Position numbers and translations under genes: made by a program
Shown here: one piece after another, positions 26,359 through 38,938 of the stretch
How the letters are laid out: each line of letters begins with the position of its first letter
How positions within the stretch are numbered: the first letter of the stretch is position 1
The notes under the pieces: generated by a model
Databases searched by the model: none
The model's input: only the letters and a program-made list of their open reading frames with translations
What the model was told of the DNA's origin: nothing
Assembly: GCA_043228905.1 (NCBI GenBank)
Contig: JBHGNT010000014.1
Span: forward strand, 1,302,001-1,366,000
Reading direction: 5' to 3'
DNA: 64,000 nt
DNA from: Azolla caroliniana
Lineage: Eukaryota; Plantae; Polypodiophyta

Positions 26359-28390
26359 TCATTTTCTGGTCCCCCCTGATTTGTTCGGGTCGGTTCGCGC
26401 TGATACCGGATCCTTCTGTCGGTTTTCCGGGATAGTCTTTGTCAGTATCGGTGTCGGTTCTTCCTCGTGCTGGATTTCCTGGTTTTGCTTGAATGGGTTG
26501 GCTGGCATATTTCCCTTATACGGCTTTAGCCGAAACCCATTTGCCCATTTACCGATGACTTCTCCAGACAACGTGCCGAGCTGATACGACCCATTGTACT
26601 CCTTGGTGATCCAGAACAGTCCGGTCCACCGAAACCGCAACTTTCCCGGCATGTTCCCCATCCGTGTCTGGAACAGTAGCACCGGTTTCCCGACTTTGAA
26701 CTCCTTTTCGTTGCCACGCCGGTGTCGGTCCACGAAAGCTTTTCTCCTCCTTTGCTCCAGTTCGAGTTGTAGTAAGCTGGCTATTCGGTTTTCTTCTAAT
26801 TCCAACAATGTCACCAGCCGGATTCGTTCGGACTCCTTCTCACTTAAGCGCTCCTTTACTTGGATCCGTAAGCTGGGGATCTGGAACTCTACCGGCATGA
26901 CCGCTTCTAAACCGAATGCTAGTCGGAACGGGGTTGTCCGGATGCTGGTTTTGTACGTTGTTCGGTACACCCATAGCGCGCTTTGCAATTTCGTATCCCA
27001 GTCGGTCCGGTTCTCGTTGACGATTTTTCGTAGGATGTTCTACAGAGTTTTGTTCGTTGATTCCGCTAGTCCATTGGCTTGAGGGTAGTAGGGAGTACTC
27101 CTTTTATGTACCACCACGTAAAATGACGTCAGGCTTTCTACTACCTGCCCAAGAAAGTGTCCTCCTTGGTCACTTATAAGCTCGATCGGGCATCCATACT
27201 GGCACCATATGCACTCGTACAGGAACTTTGTCGTGGACGCGGCCGTGTTGTCCCGTAAGGCCTTTGCTTCTACCCATTTGGTGCAATAGTCGGTCGCCAC
27301 TATGACATACCGATTTCTGGTTCGCATTGCCGGTGGCTTGAAGGGACCGACAAAGTCCAAACCCCACTTTTGAAACGGTTCCAATGGCAAGACCGGGTGG
27401 TGTGGCATCTGGGCCTGCTCCGTGGGTTGGCCCAGTCGTTGACACAAATCACATTCTCTGCTATACTTCACGGCATCTTTTAGGGTGGTGGGCCACCACA
27501 GTCCGCTTTGCCATATTTTCCGAGCGGTTGCGTCGCCGGCATAATGCCCGCCGACAATTCCACAGTGGGCTTCCCTGAGGATTAGATCCTTCTCATCGCT
27601 CCGCACTGCTCGTCTCCAGATGCCATCTGCCCCCTTGTGATAGAGGGTGTCTCCAACCAAGCAGAAATGTCTGCTTCTTACTGCTACCCTTTTCCTTTCA
27701 TCACGGTCCATGTTCTCCGGGGGTACTCCGGTGCTCAGGAACTGATGCATCTCAGTTAGCCACGTGTCTTCATCGGCTACCGTTGCATCCGTTGCCGGTT
27801 CCGTCGTGATCCGGAACAACTCGGCGTCGGGGAACTCATCCTGGACGCCGTCCCCTGCTTCTCCGGATTTGAGTCTGCTTAGGTAGTCCGCTACCGCATG
27901 CTGCGCCCCGGGTCGGTGGAAAATGTCGAATTCAAATTCCTGTAACAACAGTGTTCATCGTGCAATTTTTCCCGTCAGGGATGCCTTCGAGACCAGGTAG
28001 AGTAGTGCCGAATGGTCGACATGGAAGGAAAACTTCCTTCCGAGCAGATAGTGCCTGTACTTTGTGACACTATACACCATTCCAAATGCCTCGCGTTCTG
28101 TCGTACAGTAGTTCCGTTCGGCTTTTGAGAGTTTCCGGCTTGCGTAGTACACCGGTCGGTACCATTTCGGCTCCGTGATTTGCATCAGAACGCTGCCGAT
28201 TGCTACGTCCGACGCGTCGACGAAGACGTGAAAGCTTTTACTCCAATCCGGCGGTTGCACCACCGGAGCTTGCGACAGCATAACCTTCAACGCTTGGTAG
28301 GCTTCCTCCTCCGTCTCCGCCCATAGGAAGGGTACCCTGTGTACGGCGGTATGCAAAGGTGTAGCGAAGTCTGCGAGGTGCCGTATCCCG
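26359..28390 (-). pseudogene. G1 RNase H and integrase
   Basis: VFVDASD, NYCTTERE, HYAGDAT...CDLCQ, WGLDFVGP, SDQGGHF and PYYPQANGLAE, with in-frame stops. No chromodomain seen. Confidence 0.9.
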
Positions 28391-30103
28391 CGCATGTATG
28401 TGTGATTTTCGGTTATCCGGTACCGATACCGGGTTGTCATTCCTTGCTGCCTCCCGACGTTCCTCCCTTCGGAAAAATCCACGCTTCTGATTCCGTCGGA
28501 AATTTCGGTTCCCTTGTCGCCTCTCTTCTCTGCGTTGTTCGTATTCCGGGGATTCGTCTCGGTCGTACCGGTCCCGAGGGTAGCTATCTCTGCGTTTCTC
28601 CTCTCGGTCATAGCTATCGCGTCTTCTATCAGCGTATCTGTTACCGCGTTCGCGTTGGTAGCGGTCGTCTCTCCGGAATCGATCCTCATCCGGGTTCTGA
28701 TTGCGCGGTTCTATGTGTCGAACCGGTGCTGCTTGCCGATTTAACAGGTTATATTCGCATCGGTCCGTTGTATGGGCTCGAGAGTTGTAGATCATACATT
28801 GTGTCCGCAGGGTGCAGTCTACTGTTGAGTGGCCCGAATTTAGGCATGTTGTGCATTGTAAGGCCTGTCGGAACCTCAGGTCTTCCTCCTTCGGGAGTGC
28901 CCGGTGTAACATCCCCATCGACAAGAAGGAGCTAGTCTTGTCCATTTCTAAGACCCGATCAATAACTTGGTCCATTGTGCTGGTGTGGAAATCAAGGACT
29001 CCGCACATTGTTCGAAGTGGCTCTTTCAGCGCGGCCAAAAAGATTGCTTTGGCTTCGTCTTCGGGTGGTGCTCTCGTCAGTTGGCTGTGCAGGGTCTGAA
29101 ACCGAATGATGAATTGTGGCATAGTCTCGTTCTCTTCCTGCCGGGTGGTGTAGAACTGCCCGACCAATTCCCTTTGCTCAACTTGTCTGTGAAAAAGCCT
29201 GAGGAATTTGGCCTTCAAGGCATTGAATGTGGCAAAGCTGCCCAGTAAGTGCTTTGCGTGCCATCGGGCCGCCGGTCCTTCTAAGGTCATGCCGAATTCG
29301 GCGACTTTGGATCGTTCGGCTTCGGGCTCCGTCAGTCTTTGGGAGACATGGTTGGCTTCCCATGTTTGGAGGAATGCGTACACGTGTGCCTCCGCGTCGG
29401 GCTCATCCCGGTACTTTGGGTATGGGTACGACATCGTGTCGTCCAACTGACTCTCCTGCTTTCTCCGCTCTCTGTACGCTGTTGGCGTCGGTGTGAGAAC
29501 CTTTGGTTCCTCCGCGGTTGATGCCGGTATCTGCTCCTTCAGTTCCTCCGCGGGTGTTGCCGGTGTCCGATCCTTTGGTTCCTCCGCGGGTGTTGTCGGT
29601 ATCCGCTCCTTCGGTTCCTTTGCGGGTGTTGTCGGTATCCGGTCAGCCTCCCTCGGCGATTGCCGGTCACCGAACTCCAAGGTTATTTCTTCCTCTGGCT
29701 CCGGTGTTACTGAGTCTTCCGACCCCTCTTCCCCCGGGTCGTTTGGTGTGTCGTGGCTGCTTTTATACCGGGACGCAACGCTTCCGTCGCTTTCCGACTC
29801 CGCCTCAAGTGTTGCGAATGCTTCCGAGTCCCCGTCGCCCTCGACGAGCGTCTGTAGTATCGTTTCCGCCTCTTGCAGGCTTGTTATGCTACTGCCTTCG
29901 TCGGGGACTTGCAGAACCCGGAATTGAAGTGCTTCTTCTGCGACTCTCCGAAGAGTTCTGGAGAATGACCGATCTCGCCGGATCTCGTCGACGGCTTGCT
30001 GCAGGGCTTCCCGTCGTTGCTCTCGTTTGGTGTATTGTCTCCCTCGTTCGGTGATGTGGTCGTCGTTTGGTCTAGACATCCATCCCCAGGTTGTCCTCTG
30101 CAC
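28238..30103 (-). CDS. G1 gag ORF (C-terminus runs across the deletion junction)
   Basis: Retrotrans-gag-like core, CTTCLNSGHSTVDC knuckle, and 13-aa tandem repeats (IPTTPAEEPKDR-like). Confidence 0.8.
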   Translation of the reverse strand: MQRTTWGWMSRPNDDHITERGRQYTKREQRREALQQAVDEIRRDRSFSRTLRRVAEEALQFRVLQVPDEGSSITSLQEAETILQTLVEGDGDSEAFATLEAESESDGSVASRYKSSHDTPNDPGEEGSEDSVTPEPEEEITLEFGDRQSPREADRIPTTPAKEPKERIPTTPAEEPKDRTPATPAEELKEQIPASTAEEPKVLTPTPTAYRERRKQESQLDDTMSYPYPKYRDEPDAEAHVYAFLQTWEANHVSQRLTEPEAERSKVAEFGMTLEGPAARWHAKHLLGSFATFNALKAKFLRLFHRQVEQRELVGQFYTTRQEENETMPQFIIRFQTLHSQLTRAPPEDEAKAIFLAALKEPLRTMCGVLDFHTSTMDQVIDRVLEMDKTSSFLSMGMLHRALPKEEDLRFRQALQCTTCLNSGHSTVDCTLRTQCMIYNSRAHTTDRCEYNLLNRQAAPVRHIEPRNQNPDEDRFRRDDRYQRERGNRYADRRRDSYDREEKRRDSYPRDRYDRDESPEYEQRREERRQGNRNFRRNQKRGFFRREERREAARNDNPVSVPDNRKSHIHARDTAPRRLRYTFAYRRTQGTLPMGGDGGGSLPSVEGYAVASSGGATAGLE

Positions 30104-30830
30104 TTTGCAGGAATCGTGGTCGCCAAAATGTGTTATATGTTTTATGGTTAGGGTATGATAATGATAAAGATAGGAATAGGGCTAGCAATGATGGTAGATT
30201 GATAATGAATGTGTGATGATGAGAGAGGGCGTGAAGAACAAGACAACCATTGAGGGGTGGGGGGTGGTGCCTAGAATGGCTCCACCCCCCTCCCAAGGGG
30301 GTTCAACGTTAAGGGGAGAGAGAGGAAGAGAGATGACAAAGTGAGAGAGAGAGATTAAGAGAGAAATGTTCATTCATGTTTCATTCATTCCCCATAAGGG
30401 GTTAAATAGGTACAAAGGGGTAGATCCACAAGGGTGCAAGCCCCCTTGGCATTCACACCTAGTCACTCACTCACACCTCTTTGTATCTACCACACTCACA
30501 CTTACATTCACGCTCATAATTGTATAAAATCACACATACATATCAACACATTACATCTTTCACCCTCACTTATCACATTTATCAATCACCCGTACATCTC
30601 GTATGGTAACACTATATAACAACTTCAATGAAGAAAGTAAAGCTCATGTACTCTGGGAGAAAATTGGCACCATGTTGGAGAGTAAAAACGTTGTAAATCG
30701 GGTTTCGATATTCCGGAAGTTAGTGAGACTTCGGTACCAAGACAGATTTAGCATGGCGGAGCACATGAACGCATTTGAAGGGCTCATAAACCAAACAACT
30801 TCACTCGAAGTACCTCTAGCTGACGAGGTA

Positions 30831-31858
30831 CAGTAACCATTCGGTTAAGTTCGCAATTTGAACGCATGGGTGAAGTGCGCACTTAACCGAGCTGCGCATT
30901 TAGGGGTTTTTTGAAAATTTTTGGGGCTTTTTGAAAATTTTCAGGGTTTCTTGAAATTTTATCCTTCTGTATTCGTATCATATGTTTCTTCATTAGAAAA
31001 GTGATCAATTAATGTGATATAATTGACCTAAAATTTTTATGGTTTCAACATACTCTTGTTGGATATCACTTTTTCCCGATTCCATATTACCTAGAGTTTT
31101 TGCCTTTTTGCTAGGCCTACCTAATGAACTTCCTTGGATATGATGAGATTTTTCCTTGCATTCTCTTCCTAGTGGCAGGAGGTTTGAGGAATCGTGGTAC
31201 AGATGAAGATGGAGGAAACTCGAAAAGAGAGAGGAGGAGGAACGGAGAAAGCATAGGCTGGAACAAAAAGAAAATAAACGAGATGCACAGAAAGAGAAAG
31301 AGAGGGAGAAGTGAGGGAGGGAGTGAAAGAAAGAAGGAGAAAATTGATTAGGAACGAAGGCGGTGGCGGGAGGTGGTGGTGACGGTGACGGGAGGAGAGA
31401 TGGAGAGAAAGAAACAAAATTAAGAAAGTGAGGGAGGGAGAGAAAGAAAGAAAGAAACATAATTAAGAATAAATGAATATGGAAAAGGAAATGGATAATT
31501 GGGTTAAGTAGGAAAGTTTATTTCCTTTAATGAGAATCAAAATTACCGACTCGCCAAAACACATACAACACATAACACGCACACAAATGCTACGAGATTC
31601 CGAAATTTGGTTCTTTTTTCCCTTGCATTTCCAGGAGATCCCACCCACCATCACGTAACAAATTCTTTTAATTTATTTTTTTGTTAGAAACCCCTTTCCT
31701 TTCTTGTTTTTTGAATGTTTGGAACATAGTTTTAATTTCGTTCGATGTAATTTCATCATGAACAATGTAATTTTTTTGATCTAGATTTTGACCTCTATAA
31801 AAAGTGCACTTAATAGAATAGTGCACTTAAGTGGGCACACTTAACCGAATGGTTATTG
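30831..31858. mobile_element. Non-autonomous Tc1/mariner (pogo-like) DNA transposon
   Basis: TIR CAGTAACCATTCGGTTAAGT / ACTTAACCGAATGGTTATTG with TA duplication. Removal restores copia gag DEVLALL. Confidence 0.9.
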
Positions 31859-34800
31859 TACTGGCATTGCTCCTGCTCGGTTCCCTCCCGGATAGTTGGG
31901 AGATGCTAGTTGTCACTTTGGGCAACGTTAGGCCGAAAGGAAAGCAGTTGTCCCAAGCAAGGGTAAGATCAAGCTTGCTAGATGAAGAAGCTCGCCGGAA
32001 GGACCGGGAGTCCGGAACCGATCCGAAGGACTTGTTCATGGAAGATGACCATTACTGAGGAAGACGCCGGTATCAGAGTTCCTTGCATCCGGGACAAATT
32101 GGGGACGAGGTCGAAGTCAAGGGGGAGGCCTACTTGCTTCTACTGTGGGAAGCCGGGGCACTTCTAGTGCCGATTCGAAGAAGGGTTCAGACCGGAAAGG
32201 CTCGGATAGGAAGGGAACATTGGCAATCGCGACAAGTGAAGAAAAACTGATGCTCATTACCGAGGAGAATGAGTTAAACCTTGTCAGCGACAAGAAAACG
32301 TGGGTTGTCAATTCCGGAGTGTCGTTCCACCTGACACCGGACCGGAGATTCTTCTCATCCCACACAACTACAGATGACGGTTGTGTCTGGATAGGGAATG
32401 AAGGGACATGCCGAATCATCGGCATAGGAGATGTGTTGTTGACGACATCAACCAGATGCAAAATGCTGCTGAAAGAAGTCTGACACTTTCCGGAGGTTCG
32501 GTTGAACCTGATATCAACTGGTCGGCTAGAGGATCAAGGCTACACGGGTAGCATCCGTAATGGAGTCATGAAGTACAACAAGGGAAGCTTCATTGTGGTG
32601 TACCTAATGCATGCCCGGATATGCCGAGAAGAAGTGAACGTAGCATCTAACACTACCGGTGAGTTGTGGCACAAGAGGTTGTGTCACATGAGTTAGAAGG
32701 GGATGAAGAGACTTGTCGAAGAAAATCTCATTCCGGTGAAGGACGTGCAACTTGAGAAGTGCACTGATTTTTTGGCTAGCAAGCAAAATCAAACCTCCTT
32801 CCGGTCAAGACCACCGATAAGACGGAATGCATCACTGGAGCGGGTGCATACCGATGTGTGTCAAGTGGACACGAACTCACATGCCAGATCACAGTACTTC
32901 GTGATGTTTATAGATGACCACAGCCGAAAGCAGTGGGTCTCACCGCTGAAGACAAAGGATCAAGTGCTATTCGTCTTCAAGGAGCTCCACGCGAGAGTGG
33001 AAAGAGAAACCAGCTGGAAGGTGAAGGCGGTTCGAGTAGATAACGGAGGAGAATACCGGGGGTAGTTCGAGGAGTACTGCCGATCGAAGGGAATCCGGCT
33101 CGAATTTACCGTGCTGAAGACGTTGAAATTGAACAGGCTGGCTGAACGGATGAACCGAACCATAATGGAGAGAGTCCAGAGCATGCTAGCACATGCCAAG
33201 TTACGCAAGACGTTTTGGGCTGAGGCGTTGATGACGGTGACGTATGTGATGAACAGGTCACCCTCTGCACCCTTAGAAGGAGACTCACCGTAGAAAGTAT
33301 GGACCGGTAAAGATGTATCTTATCGGCATCTAAAGGTGTTCGGGTGTCTCGCCTATGTGCATGTTGCAAAGGACAAGAGAGAAAAACTGGATCCGAAGTT
33401 CAGGCCATGCATATTCCTTGGATACGACGATGATGAGTTTGGTTACCAGGTGTGGGATCTGGTCGACAAGAAGGTATTCCGGAGTCGGGACATTATCTTA
33501 ATGGAGGATAAGACCATTGTCGACTGGGAGTTGGAGAAAAAGATAATGAATTCCGGGTCAATAGGCAAATATCAGTTGAAGGAGCTGAGGACCCATCTGG
33601 CCGGAAGCCGGATGACACTTGAAGAACCGACTGAATTCGGACAACAAACCGAACTGACCGAAGAAGAAGAAGAAGAAAACATCGGAACTGGATAATATCT
33701 TAAATGGGATTCGGATTCGGAACAGATGGAGGAACCGGTTGCTGAATACCAAGGTCGGAGATATCCTCTCCGAGAGAGAAGAGCCCCCGGGAGATTTCCG
33801 GATGCAGAGCACGTATTGCTGACCGATGAGGGGGAGCCAGAAAGCTTCGAAGAAGCAAAGAAAGACACCAACAACCGTAAGTGGTTAAGTGCCATGCCGG
33901 ACGAGATGGTTTCCCTGCATGAGAACCACACATATGAATTGATGGAGCTACCGAAAGGAAAGAGAGCACTTTGGAATAAGTGGGTGTACAAGCTGAAACC
34001 GGGAGACGCCGGAAATCCACTGAGGCACAAGGCCCGGATCGTGGTGAAGGGTTTCTAGCAGAAGAAAGATGTGGATTTCGATGAGATCTTTGACCTGGTA
34101 GTAAAGATGACATCCATCCAGATGGTATTGAGCATAGCGGCAAGCATGAACCTCGACGTAGAGCAACTGGACGTTAAGTCGACATTCCTACATGGCGACC
34201 TCGAAGAAGAGATCTACGTACATCAACCAGAAGGATTTGAGAGGAAAGGGACGGAGCACCTGGTATGCCGGCTAAGGAAGAGCTTATAAGGATTGAAGCA
34301 AGCCACCCATCAATGGTACCGGAAGTTCGACTCCTTCATGACTGACCAAGGGTAGCACAAGACGCAAGCGGACCATTGCGTGTTTGTGAAGAAATTTGAC
34401 AGAGGCGACTTCCTGATACTCCTGTTTTATGTGGACGACATGTTGATCATTATATGAGACCAAATCAAGATCCGAATGCTAAAGAAGGCTCTGAACCGAA
34501 CCTTCTCCATGAAAGATCTAGGTCCGGCAAGACAAATCTTAGGGATGCACATCATTCGGAACCAAAAGAAGAAGCTATTGTGATTGTCACAAGGAAACTA
34601 CGTGACAAAGGTGCTTCAACAATTCAACATATCGGATGCAAAAACGATCGAATCGACACTCCTGGCAAACTGCAAGCTATCTGAAAAGCAAAGCCCAAAG
34701 ACAAAGGCATAGAAGACGGATATGATCAAGATACCATACGCCTATGCCGTCGGAAGCTTAATGTACGCAATGGTGTGCACCCGGCCGGATATTGCATATG

Positions 34801-35705
34801 TTGTCGGAGTAGTCAGCCGATTCATGAGCAATCCGAGAAGAGAGCATTGGAACGAGGTCAAGTGGATACTCCGGTATCTGAAAGGCACCTCGAGTATGTG
34901 CCTCCGGTTTGGATCCGGTAAACCCCAACTCGATGGATTCACGGATTTGGATATGTCGGCTGATGCGGATACTAGTCGGTCAACATCCAGATATGTGATG
35001 ACTTATGCAGGGGGAGCCGTATCGTGGCAGTTGAGGCTGTAGAAGTCCGTGGCACTATTGACAACGGAAGCGGAGTACATGGCAGATGTGGAAGCTAGCA
35101 AATAAGTAATCTGGATGAAGGACTTCATCGGAAAGCTAGGGATCCGACAAGAGGAATACAAGCTCTACTGCGATAGTCAAAGTGTCATCCACCTTGCAAA
35201 GAATGCGGCCTACCATTCCCGGACTAAGCACATCCAGCGGAGGTATTACTGGATCCAGTGGAGAGTAGAAGATCAAGACTTCGTGTTGACAAAGATCAGA
35301 TATGCTGACCAATGTGCTATCAACCGACAAGCTGGACGCGTACAGAAGACGGATCATATTAACGAGAAATCCCACGTCGGAGTGAAGGGGGAGCTTGTTG
35401 AGAATTCGGTCCCTCCGGATGGGATCTGGATGAGAACCGGAGGAGTCCGATCGGACGAGCCATATGAAGGAACCGGATCCGGAAGGGTTCCAGATGAGAC
35501 CCGGAAACCGGATCGAGTGAATCCGGATGGATCCTGTGCAAACCGGAGATTCCAAGGAAATATGTGTAAATATGTTTCATGATGAGCCCTAAACTCATAT
35601 AACTATAAATATGACTTAGGGCAATCACTTTATGTGGGAGTAGTGGCTGTATCATCGTTGTACATAGAGTGTGAGAAAGAGAAAGAAAGAAAGAAAAGAA
35701 AGAAA

Positions 35706-37671
35706 TATTAACGTCTTCTAAGGCCAAATTTGGCCCATGAGACAATTGGTTTACAACAAAAGAGTATTTATCCAGTCATCATAACTAAAATAAAATTAAG
35801 TAAAAAATAGAACTTAAACTAAAAGAGTTCTAGTAGTGTACAATACGTAGTATACTCGAAAGTGACTATACACTAAGCCTAATTTTATTTCCACCCAAGC
35901 CCCTCGAAAAGAAGTGGGGGGTCAAAGGGTCTTGATGTGGGTTCCAATGTAGAGAGTGCCCTAGCCATGGCTTCTAGGCGGTGAAGCTCACGTTCCCTTA
36001 TTTTCAATATTGCTTCCACATCACGTCGCGTTGCTTTGAAACCCGGCACCCGAGGACGTTTGGTTCTTCTCTGGTTTTCTGCCTCATCAATGGAAAGGCC
36101 GAGTGGTGCAAGTGTGTCGGCATTCGTTGTCTTCTCCTGTTCCTGAAAAACTTCATTTGTTACATGTTCGTGATCATTAGCAACATTATTGTCAACATTT
36201 TGTAACTTATTCTCTCAGTGTTGTTTTAGCTCTAGAATGTATTTGCCTAATTTCTTTATATCTAGAGTATCTAATAGTTTGGGGAGGGTGGGAGACGAAC
36301 CAAGTATGTCTTGGTATTTTGCCCTTATCTCGGCATAGGTTGGACACTTGAATGTAAAGTGGTACTCATCCTCTATCTCTATGTGACATAACCTACATAT
36401 CCTTTCCTCCCTAGGGACTCCACTAGTACGGCCATTCTCAATCTCAAGTTGGTGAGATGATATTCTAAGTTGTCCAATGGCAACCCTTAGTGCATGTGGT
36501 AAGAATACATCTTAGATATTTTGGCCGCGTGATAAAACCTAACTCAGTGAAGTGCATGAAGTGTTTCTTATAGTACAACATTTTAGATGGGAGTGGCTGT
36601 AGTGGGGTGATCCATTTACACCGAGTGTAAATTTGCCATATTTCTTGGCGTATTACTTTATTGCGGTCCTCATGAGAGATTAAAGTGTTATCACTCGTGT
36701 GGTTGTACCTAAGGGGAGGTAGGTTATTAATGTCTAGACCATTTGCAAGAAGCCAACTCACCATCATGCCATACCATGAGCTAGTATAGCCGGACTCATA
36801 CAATGATCGAGAGGCCTTAAAGGCTTGATGAGATATTCTATCATGTGGTTGGCTATGTATCCTGTGAATGAAGACTACAAGTTGAAAAAGTGCCTCTACT
36901 AACATTGGGGGTAACATGAACTCAGCCCTAATAATGTCATGTGGTACAGTCGATTTGCTTCGGAGTTGGCGTGATAGCATCATCACCAATGGTCTCTCTA
37001 ATTGCGTCCACATGAAAGATGGTAATCCTGGAGCCCAAACCGCTGATGCATACAGGAGGGAGGGGGTCACTAATGAGTCAAAGAGCCACCCTTTAGTCCG
37101 TGGCTCTTGAAAGTGTGCTTGGTGGCATTGTCTCTCTAGGAGTGAGAGGGATGCATGTCCTTTCGTGAGTCTATCCTTCGCTGTGTGTGTCATCGAAAAT
37201 TTACCTGAGCGGGCACTAAAAGTGACTCCGAGATAGACGTATGATCCAACCACCTCGACTGGGCTATGGGAGATAGTTAGGTGACACTTAGCTCTAACTT
37301 GGGCCGATGTGTGGAAGATAAGGACTTTCGTTTTCCTTAGATTCACTACCAATCCACGTTGTACACAAAAGTCATCTAAGGCATTAAGGTGCCTTTGTAG
37401 GTCGTGTTTGGATTCAGAAAGAAAAACTATGTCATCCGCATAGAGCAAGATACGAACCTGCGTATCCCCAAGGACCACTCCGGTGCCTCCCTCACGAGCA
37501 ATAAAATTTTTGATCTCATCAATGTAGATCCCAAAAAGTGTCGGTGATAGGGGGCAACCTTGTTTTACACCAATAATGCTAGTGAAACGATTAGATAGGC
37601 CACCTGGGCATCGGACACACCCGGACACTTGTTCATATAGTGCGTAGATGGCCCATACCATATCATCTGGT
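35706..37671 (-). mobile_element. 5'-truncated RTEX-like LINE inserted in the GA microsatellite of the copia B 3' LTR
   Basis: RT ORF 36465-37661, highly similar to 9576-11603, with a (TTTC)n tail. The empty site is visible in the 5' LTR at about 22111-22140. Confidence 0.92.
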
Positions 37672-38938
37672 AGAGAGAGAGCGAGAGCGAGATATATGCA
37701 GAACTAGTTTTCTGTTTGTAACCGCTAATGATTGGCGAAGACATCGAGCTCGAGGTCGTTGCCTTTGAGTCTCACTTTGTATTCCTCCTCTCATAGTGAT
37801 AGTTGGAGTACATGGGCTCCTGTGGTTTTTCCACGTAAACATCCTGTTTCATCTTGGTTTTAGTTTGTTCTCTTCCATTCCTTGTTGAAGACTCGGTTGT
37901 GGCCGAGCGTTATTTCCGCACAGGTTTAGGCTATTTATGTAAATAGTGAGAAGGGCAATTTCCCTAAGTTAGTCAGTATATAAACAAACCCTAAACCTAG
38001 TTTTTGTAGTTCTAAATATAGTTCATCTTGTGCCTAACGTCTCTCCCTTGAGTTCTTGTTGATCTTCCTTCTAGATTCTGCCTCTAGTTGCCATCAATCT
38101 TCTACATTGCATCTATTAATGATCTCCTCATAGAAAAGTGTTGAGATTGTTCCGCACCTAGACGATCGCGTTCTCAACAGGACTTTGGTCTGACTATACA
38201 CATTCTGGGGACGAAGATTACTGGGCGTCGAAATCAACAACAATTATTTTTGTCTCAAGTTTACTATATTGGACATGTCTTGGAACGCTTCAACATGCAA
38301 TCGACGAAATCTGCTTCAACCTCACTCCCAATTGTTGTCCAGAGGACAGAAATGTAAAATTAGGAAATTAGCAAACGCCGAGTCCGAGTATCACGGGCCA
38401 CCGATGGCTCAGCTGGGTATTAGGGGAAAAGTTATTTAAACGAGGACCAATACCTCAGAGAAGAGAGAGGAAAAAATTTAGGCGGAAGCACTAGCTTAGT
38501 CCTTCGTAATTAGATAAACTTGTAAGGTCACCGGCCATAGGCCGTGTTCTGTAATCTTTTTTGTCATAGTAATATATCTTATTTGTGCCCATTTTGCTCC
38601 ATGAGTCTGTGCTTTGATCCATACCTATGAGTTCAACGCCGCCCACGTCTATCAAGACCTCGCTAGTGTTTTCTCTCTGAGCCCTGTATCTCTCTCGACG
38701 CCTATGTTACGAGCCTTCACGTACCACGCCCTTGAAGACCGATAGCCGCAGATCTATCGAAGGTGTTCACCCAAAGGAACGGGTAACACAATTTGGCACG
38801 CCCGGTTACAGTTGTGAGTGCACAGCGAACTTCGTTGAAGGTAACCACCAACCGCCGTTACGGCGCCCTCTCGCACCACGAGGTCTCGACCACCCGCCCG
38901 ACGCCCTGAGCCAGTCGAAGGAACTTCCGACTCGGCGG

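Larger units (their letters stand above)
22608..30611 (-). mobile_element. Non-chromovirus Ty3/gypsy element G1 (PR/RT deleted) with accessory ORF and dissimilar LTRs
   Basis: TSD CTATA restores copia gag IDMSLYNNF. Terminal segments are 22608-22999 and 30131-30611. PBS TGGCGACCACG on - strand at 30115-30125. gag 28238-30103, RH and IN 26359-28390. Confidence 0.92.
21812..37922 (+). mobile_element. Full-length degenerate Ty1/copia element B carrying three nested insertions
   Basis: LTRs 21812-22370 and 35396-37922 (the latter LINE-interrupted), TSD GGTTT on both sides, PBS TGGTATCAGAGC at 22374-22385, PPT GAAGGGGGAG before 35396, and gag-pol remnants at 22400-22607, 30612-30830 and 31861-35370. 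Confidence 0.95.
18649..38179 (+). mobile_element. Ty1/copia element D (5'-truncated); 3' LTR split into 21751-21811 and 37928-38179 by copia B
   Basis: IN 18774-19397, RT 19871-21178, RH, PPT TATGGGAGAG at 21741-21750. The LTR resembles that of copia A and ends TCAACA at 38179. Confidence 0.88.
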
